A stretch of 43,517 bases of DNA from Syncephalis fuscata S228. Lineage: Eukaryota > Fungi > Zoopagomycota. Each line of letters starts with the position of its first letter. Within the stretch, counting starts at the first letter, position 1. Where the stretch lies: positions 1 through 43,517 of the forward strand of contig JAHLTZ010000076.1 of NCBI GenBank assembly GCA_025786725.1. Direction: 5' to 3'. Under the pieces are notes generated by a model that worked only from the letters and a program-made list of their open reading frames with translations, was not told where the DNA came from and did not search any database. Positions 36,097 to 43,517 of the stretch are shown here, in pieces. The position numbers were made by a program, and so were the translations under genes.

Positions 36097-36741
36097 AATT
36101 TACTTAAAATACTACATAATAATAAACAAGTTGTAATATCAATACATACAATATTGCCTACAGGCAAACAATATAATTAGTTAGTGAGAGTTTAAAAATA
36201 GATTAGAGCTGAATATTGCATCTGTCTAGCAGCAATAGACTAAAGCAACGAATTTAATTCAAGATCTGAGCTATAATCAAAGCAAAGATAGTATTTATTT
36301 GTTGATTAATTAAATATCCAATAATACTAATATTGAAGAAATAAACAAAATGCATGGAAAACAATAGTCAGATGAGTACTTTAAATATTCAATTGACTAT
36401 TTAGATAGCCAAATATAATTACTAAAACAGTAGTATGGATGTGAATATCAATAGCCATAAACTTATTATTTTATGTGCAAATGATATGACCATGCCTACA
36501 TGTCGTGTATATTGTTTACATATACGCAGTCAATGCCAAACAGTAGCAATACTGAAATGCAGAAAAGCATATGGCAAAGTTGTAGGTTTGATATTAATCC
36601 GCTATGCATAAGTATGCATTGTTGCTGTAGCTATGCAGTATAATATGGTTAGTATACTAAAAAACAATTGCTTATGTAGTCTGCTACACTCGTTTCCGAT
36701 TGTTATTTATTTATTTATTAGCCAAAAAGTTGTTACAAATT
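36097..36741 (+). repeat. ~640-bp repeat B, copy 2
   Basis: Near-identical reverse complement of 7454-8098. Confidence 0.92.
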
Positions 36742-36885
36742 TAAATTGTCAAATTCGGATTTTTCATGTTTAAATACATCGTTTGGTATAACTTACCGAA
36801 CAACGATTTTTGCAACAGAGTTGGCCATAAATGTAACTTACGTATTTGTAATTCATTTAGTAAAGCGTTGCTAAACTATGCATAC

Positions 36886-37668
36886 CTTTACGTAAAATGT
36901 AGCAAATTGCATGATGTTTTGCACAGGTGTGCACATAATATATAGATAGCTATTGACAAGGTATGCCGTTATTGCGTTGCTTGATGATGCAATAACCGCG
37001 ATGATACGTTAATAAATGTGTAAAATAGCCGTTTTTTACCGTTTATAACTTATATAAACAAAATACAGCAAAATGCATGCTGGATTCGAGTTCTCTATGC
37101 TTAGTTGTAAGGAATGGTATAAGATTTAGAACAAAAATATTTTCAAAAAATATTAGTCAAAATTGCAATTTACGTGTAAATTAGTTAACAAAAAGTAATT
37201 AAACTTCATGATTCTAAAGATTTAATATTGAAGATTGAATTTGACCCAAGTTAAATCTGAAGCAATCTAAAGCGCTATAAAAAGTATATGAAAAGTTAAT
37301 ATTTAGAAATACCGATGCAAATTGGCGACTTGTGTCATATCTCTACATATAAAGTATACTTTTGTTAACTAATTTACACGTAAATTGCAATTTTGACTAA
37401 TATTTTTTGAAAATATTTTTGTTCTAAATCTTATACCATTCCTTACAACTAAGCATAGAGAACTCGAATCCAGCATTCATTTTGCTGTATTTTGTTTATA
37501 TAAGTTATAAACGGTAAAAAACGGCTATTTTTACACATTTATTAACGTATCATCGCAGTTATTGCATCATCAAGCAACGCAATAACGGCATACCTTGTCA
37601 ATAGCTACCTATATATTATGTGCACACCTGTGCAAAACATCATGCAATTTGCTACATTTTACGTAAAG
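36886..37668. mobile_element. Foldback element, copy 2, inverted relative to copy 1; homology extends a further ~100 nt to 37770
   Basis: The spacer is the reverse complement of the copy 1 spacer and arm-specific variants are preserved; 37669-37770 matches the reverse complement of 31908-32008 with several mismatches. Confidence 0.92.
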
Positions 37669-38117
37669 TTATACGTAGTAATGTCAACGGTTTATTAATT
37701 AAGTTATTACTATTGCTCTTCAGTCTAAATTTCAGTAAGTTATGTCACCTAGCTACATTAAAATCAATATTTTAATATGGTTATAACTAGTAACAATAAA
37801 AATGTCAAATGTTCATTATAGTCTTGGTTATTAGAAATAATGATATTACGTTTTATAATAACCATATGTAATAAAATAACAAATAATCCAATCTTATAGT
37901 GCGCATAACTATTATGTATTGATGATAAATTATTTATACAATAATTCTGACTATAAAAACGAACATTTGCACGATGGTCATAGTTAATGGCAAGTGAGAT
38001 ATGTGTGTAATCAAATGGCTATAGTTGATAATATTTGTTATAAATAGTTGATTATGTTATTTTGATTTTAATCTAGAAGCTATGAACTAAATGGCCAAGC
38101 AATATTTTCTTATAAAA

Positions 38118-38665
38118 TTACTATATTGCTTTAATTTTTGATTTTTGTTAATACTTAGCTTAACTTTTAGAATACAATGTGTTGTTTGGTTGATATTTCT
38201 TTAATAATAAACTTGTTCTTTATTAGTTATTGATTATACAAATTCAACTATGATAAAACGAATAACTTGCATGATATTAAGTAGAAGCAAGATGGAACTA
38301 GAAATTTGATTATCGTTTATTAATGCTGAATAAAAACATCATTATATAGTAGACATAATTAATAATAAAACATAAACACTCTTAGTATTTTATTAACCCA
38401 GCTTATCAATTCGTGTAATTTCTTATATATATTCATAGCTGTCAAATATTTGCTTGTTATATATTCGTTATAGTCGTTTTTTTACTAATAATTAGTGCTG
38501 ATATCTGATACATGTGTCATTCTTATGGTTGTTTACATGTGATATTAAAATATTTATCTAGTTACATAGTGCATTCTCTGTTATGCAATTATAGCATGTG
38601 CCTGTAATATCAGTATAGCAACAACATTGTTAATTCAATAAGGTTTCATTAAATGTTTGATTTAC
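38118..38665 (+). repeat. Old diverged repeat C, copy 2
   Basis: Colinear similarity with 31258-31790. Confidence 0.7.
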
Positions 38666-39702
38666 CATTCCATTTATTCTATTTGATGACCAACTAGAAC
38701 CAGTTTATTACGTAATTCATGTAAAATGATATTTGTTTTGCTATTCGGTGTCAGACTACTAGGATGATTAGTATTAGCGGATACTAATCGGCAAATAAAA
38801 TTGCGATCCGTAATTCATTAATAAATACAGGCGTAGAAACTATGATTAGTATTTCTGTAATACGTAAAGTTTACGGGTCAATTGCACATGTGTTTCTGTA
38901 CAAAAATCTACCTAGTAACTGTCGTTGGCAACGTTCGGCTAGTAGCCAGTAGTTCTACTGACAACCAATAGAGCCGTTGACCAACCAACGAGCCAGCCAG
39001 TCAACCGACAGTCAACGCAACCAATCAGCTGCTCATTGACAATAAGCCAACCAGCCAACCAACAAAGTGTCGTCTTTTTACACGATGGGTGTAGACAAGC
39101 ATAACAATCGTTTCACGCAGTCACACAAATGAATGTGTGCCCTTGACAGCCACCGTCACACCACCAATCAGTCGATTAAAATGACGGGCTTTTTGCTGCT
39201 GGTTGTTTAATTGTAGTAAATCAGTTTCACTATTGCTATCTTTATACTGAATAATGCTGTCATTAGATAATTCTGAGGGGTAGTGTTCGTGTGGGGAGTG
39301 GTGTCGGGAATGTTGCCGTTGTGACGTTAAATACACTGGTTGTTGTGTCGTGTCGCCAGGTTGGCGAAGAAGCGCACATCCAACCACCCGTCTATACATA
39401 ATGTACTTCTGTAATTAGTGACATCCTTCGTTTGTCCTTTTCTCTCTCTCTTCTTCCCCAGCGACCTAACGCTAGGTGGTAACTACGTATTCTGTATCGC
39501 TACATCTGTTTTTTGCATCTTAGGCGCAGGCGTGTGTATGAACCAGCCAACAACATCTCTATTGTTATCTGACGAAACGTGTACTTGACTCCTTCTCTAC
39601 GCATTCATACTTTTTCATTTCAGTGCTTATCAGTGTATTTTCTATCTTGATCTTATATTCTAGCCACGTCTAATTCTTTTTTAAACATCAGCTTAAGTTC
39701 TA

Positions 39703-41238
39703 ATGACGGCATCATTACCGCCGGTCATGGCCGCTGACGGCATTACTAAAACACTTTCGGCCGATGTGCTCTCTTCGCTATCGGCCAAACAATTTGATAC
39801 TCAATTGCTAATGCAAAAGAGTGACCATAACAAACCAACAATTGATCGAATATCTCCCCACAAAATGTCAGATACCTTAAACTTTGCCGATGTTATGGGT
39901 GTTACCGGTGCTAGTCTAAATAGTAACAGCATCAGTAGCGATTCTATTGCATCTACTACGAGTAGTCTATTGTCAGCATTTAATAATGTAACACTGCCAA
40001 GTTACGGATTTTCTCCATCCACTAGATGTGTAAAAAACTCAATGTCTAATATGCTGATGTCTGAAGCAAAGCACAATGATTTTTATTTGTACTCAAGTGG
40101 TGGCAGCGACAGAGGTGGCATGGATGATACGCTATTTCGCACCACGCTACAAGGCGGGTTTCCAGTGAAGCCACGCCATCGTACTACTAAACGACAGTAC
40201 AGTGTACTTGAGCGACAATTCCGCCGTAATCCACGACCGGATGCGGCTACAAGGGATGCTTTGGCCGCCAGACTTGCGATGCGTGGTCGTACGGTGCAGA
40301 TATGGTTTCAAAATCGACGGGCAAAATGTAAACGTGATCGCGAACGTGGCCGTCCCACACCACCACTACCATCGATGAACAACGGTTCAGATATAGGTGA
40401 CGATGAAGGATGTGACGATTCAATTGCTGTTATCGATTGGGATCCAGCAGAGCTTGATAGTGAAGGTGGCGAGGAATTATTACTACGTGCAGGTTCCGAG
40501 TCGAGCTCGTCAAAACTGGCATCTGGGTCAAATTCCGGCTCTTCAAGTTTGAGCAATATGATTATGCCTGACTTTAAGGAAAATAGTGCTATTGATAGCT
40601 GGCTAGCCAATATTAATTTGACCAGTGCCGAGTCTCAGTTAGCTCAACAATTAGCGGCCACCGATGCTTCAACTGCAGCCTATTTGAATCAGTTGGCATT
40701 AACGGCGTCCGGAGCTTCAGGTTTAAAATCTGATCCGATAAGTAGCTTGGGTTCCTTTTCATGGTGGACTAGTTCAGATAACCTGGGCCATAACAGCAAT
40801 ACCGCAAGTACACCAATGGATGGACTATCGGATTCTTTTGTATCTTCAATGCTTGCAAATGCCGGACTATTAAACAATGATACGGCAGCAGGCAGTAAAA
40901 ATGAGCTTAAAGAAGAAGGATCAATGTTGGATCAGGATTTGGCAGCCACGGGTCTAGCATCAGCCAACTGGTTACTCGGAACAGGCATAGATCCGCCGTC
41001 GGCCGCGGCAGCGGTGGCTGTAGCAGCAGCAGCAGCATCAACGGGCACTACTAACCATCCGTTTTCACTAATTGCTACTACACCGCTTATATCTCCAGAA
41101 ACATCTAGCACAGAAGCTGCGAAAGAAAAGGTCAATATTGGCATTACCACAGAAAATGCAGAACTAAATGAATTCAGACGCCAGTTAAGAGAATACCGGG
41201 AGCACATTTCGTTAGAAGTACCTACACTATCACTGTAA
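39703..41238 (+). CDS. Homeodomain transcription factor, intronless, with Ser/Ala-rich low-complexity flanks
   Basis: KPRHRTTKRQYSVLERQFRRNPRPDAATRDALAARLAMRGRTVQIWFQNRRAKCKR (helix-3 WFQNRR, Q50). Confidence 0.95.
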   Translation: MTASLPPVMAADGITKTLSADVLSSLSAKQFDTQLLMQKSDHNKPTIDRISPHKMSDTLNFADVMGVTGASLNSNSISSDSIASTTSSLLSAFNNVTLPSYGFSPSTRCVKNSMSNMLMSEAKHNDFYLYSSGGSDRGGMDDTLFRTTLQGGFPVKPRHRTTKRQYSVLERQFRRNPRPDAATRDALAARLAMRGRTVQIWFQNRRAKCKRDRERGRPTPPLPSMNNGSDIGDDEGCDDSIAVIDWDPAELDSEGGEELLLRAGSESSSSKLASGSNSGSSSLSNMIMPDFKENSAIDSWLANINLTSAESQLAQQLAATDASTAAYLNQLALTASGASGLKSDPISSLGSFSWWTSSDNLGHNSNTASTPMDGLSDSFVSSMLANAGLLNNDTAAGSKNELKEEGSMLDQDLAATGLASANWLLGTGIDPPSAAAAVAVAAAAASTGTTNHPFSLIATTPLISPETSSTEAAKEKVNIGITTENAELNEFRRQLREYREHISLEVPTLSL

Positions 41239-41585
41239 TATAATAGAAGTGTATCTCCTTCTACAAATTACAAGTTTTCCTTTTCCTTTTTTCATTTTAT
41301 CGCGCATATTCATTTGTTTGAATAAAAAACTAAAAAGAATTTGCTGCATATTAAAGCAGAATTTGTACTAAATGTTTATTTAATTGTTGCTAGCAAACAT
41401 AATAAAACCAAAAGTTTAATTCTAATGTAGTTTAATCGCGTATGTAGATGCAAATAATTTAAGTAACTATAACTTAAGTTACTGTAAAAAATTATTGGGA
41501 TTGTACTGATTTGGCACTAAAAAGTATGCTGAATTAAATTAATTAGTAATAATATATAATAAAGTAAAATTATCAGATTAAGGTT

Positions 41586-42595
41586 TTATTGTTTAAGTGA
41601 AACGGTGTGTTCAACGAAAGTATCAGTAACAAAGTAGCGAGTTGTTGTTGCATGATTATTTAAAAGTTCCGCTTTTCTTATTTCTCTGTAGTGTGTAGCA
41701 CCATTATACGTGTTAAACGCTTTACGCATGCCTTGGTGTTGGTAGATAAGCAGTGTTGATGTCAGTGCCCCTATAGATAGCTGTTAGTGCATGCTACAGT
41801 AAAATAGCCATGATGCTTACAATCAACTAGGAAAAACATATCACTTGAATCGCCGGCAAGCTTAAATGTAGTAATAACGCCACAAACAAGATTAGAAATA
41901 ATTACCCAAAATATATACATTAAATTATCGGATTTTAGCTTTGCCCAGCACCGATTGCCAAGTACGCGGTATTGTTCTATGACTACTTGTAGAAATACAG
42001 CTGAGAAAATAAAGTTGATGGCAACATCAACAGATGATCGAAAAGGTCCAAGGTAATTAGGATAATGATTAACACATCCATGGTCCGTTGTAACTTGAGT
42101 TGGACTTATCAGGAATATCCAAAGAGCACCCGGAATTGGTAGCATAAGTAATATACCAATAGCAAGAAGCCAGCGGTTGTGGTTCGCAACGGTGTACGCT
42201 CTTAGTAGCAAGCAAATATTGACACATAGACTAGAAATTGCCATTCCAGTCACATCAGCTGTACTACACATAAGACACGATGCACCACCGGGAAACATGG
42301 TGGACACATCAATGGTCTCGGCGATAAATCCTGTCATAGACTGAATTAAACAGCACCAGCTACCAGCGCCTTTCGGTCGAGCATATACTAGCTTTGCGGC
42401 ATGCCAAAAATTACGGGCAAATATAACAAATAACGTTGCTTTCATATACCCTTGAAATAAGCTGCTATGCAATCGACGACGTGCTTCGTCGTGTGTGATG
42501 GCTTCGATCACGTAATCGCCAACCGATAATATCCCCGTAGGATAATAGGGAAGAAAGTTCCATACATAATTTAATTCAAGCTGATTTAAAGACAT
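41586..42595 (-). CDS. Multi-pass (about 7 TM) GPCR-like membrane protein; intron 41771-41820
   Basis: Successive hydrophobic segments with Cys in extracellular-type loops. Splicing the GTAAGC..TAG intron gives FFLVD-WALTSTLLIYQH...SLKQ*, completing the last helix. Confidence 0.75.
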
Positions 42596-43449
42596 GGCAC
42601 TGATATAAGAATATTAGCAAATAGGTAAAACATGAATACATGGACCAAAAGTAAAGCGAAGAAAATACGTTTTGTAAAACTCGACCAAGTAAAGCCCCTG
42701 TACCGCAAGGCATCATGAAACCAGCTGACATGATTGATGCATAATTATACATGAATGAGCTACAAACGACTATAATCCCAGTATCGTCTTATCATTGGAA
42801 TCCATGTGGCTGATTTCAAAACCTGTTTGTAAATTGTGTTGTGTTGCAACTGGATATTTTTTTACAAATTGTTTGTATTTGCTTCAAGTCTGTTGGCTGC
42901 TTGATTAGCAACAAACAAATGGCTAATAACAAAAAATTCATTAGCGGACTTTAAATAGAAAAGACAGCATAATCTTTATTACAAATATGTGTAGATTGCA
43001 TCAATTTGTCAATAGCAAATAATTAGTTTTATTCACCTTGATTGCTAAGTGCCAAGGACTAGTGCACAAGTATTACCTCCCTCTCTTCCTCCCTTGAATC
43101 TACAGCCAACTGCTAATAAATCTGTAGGCGGCCCGCATATAAAACTATTTTAAATTTTTATGCATTAGATCATTTGTTCAACGTATTGACGCTGTCTAGT
43201 TGTAGTCTGGATTTTTAATATCTAATATTTATTAGTAGTATTTGGCATAGTAACAAATGTCTGGTAAAAGCTAGTTTTGTTTGTTTATTTATAGCAATAG
43301 TTTACGGACTATTTGAATAATGAATGGACATGCTCAAAAAATAACATTGATGGCATAAAACAGTTGATTTGGTATGAGGCGGTTCAGCCTGTATGAATGG
43401 CTAAAACCTGTTTTGTTGCCTATCGTTTGACCACAATACTAATTTATTA

Positions 43450-43517
43450 GAGGAATTTTGAAAAATGCCCGCTTTTAATTTTTAATTTTTAAAATCATTT
43501 ATTAATTAAGCCCTTTT
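43450..43517 (+). repeat. Terminus of the same family as the 22360-23345 element, running off the window
   Basis: ttttgaaaaatgcccgcttttaatttttaattttt...attaattaagccctttt matches 22360-22417. Confidence 0.55.

Noticed and set aside
34413-41207. Antisense or nested ORFs inside the amidase and homeobox genes (similarly in PST2, TTI1 and DIS3)
   Set aside because: Shadow ORFs of real coding sequence with no motifs of their own.

Overview
AT-rich eukaryotic nuclear DNA with many ~50-nt GT-AG introns. It is fungal, and the secreted-protein and 7TM gene families suggest an early-diverging fungus such as Syncephalis/Zoopagomycota (inference). Conserved genes: flavodoxin-like PST2/WrbA, UBC6/UBE2J1, queuine tRNA-ribosyltransferase (QTRT1), NDUFA11, a TRA2-like SR protein, TTI1, DIS3/RRP44, an amidase and a homeodomain TF. 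Lineage-specific genes: an F-box protein, two decaying secreted-protein paralogs, a 7TM-like protein and a spliced 169-aa gene missing from the ORF track. The most notable structure is a ~4.4-kb cluster (13.1-17.5 kb) next to the guanine-exchanging tRNA enzyme QTRT1. It holds a PARP-like ADP-ribosyltransferase with an intact H-Y-E triad, a divergently transcribed NADAR/YbiA hydrolase with an extra N-terminal alpha/beta domain, and a second Cys-repeat PARP-like gene lacking the catalytic Glu; this is a candidate eukaryotic writer/eraser ADP-ribosylation module. Second, the amidase sits between two inverted copies of a ~790-bp foldback palindrome. Third, a near-identical 640-bp element starts 33 nt after an AATAAA just downstream of two unrelated intronless genes. 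About ten reading-frame breaks can each be repaired by adding one base, mostly in short homopolymers, which points to long-read consensus errors and must be checked before the broken genes are interpreted.
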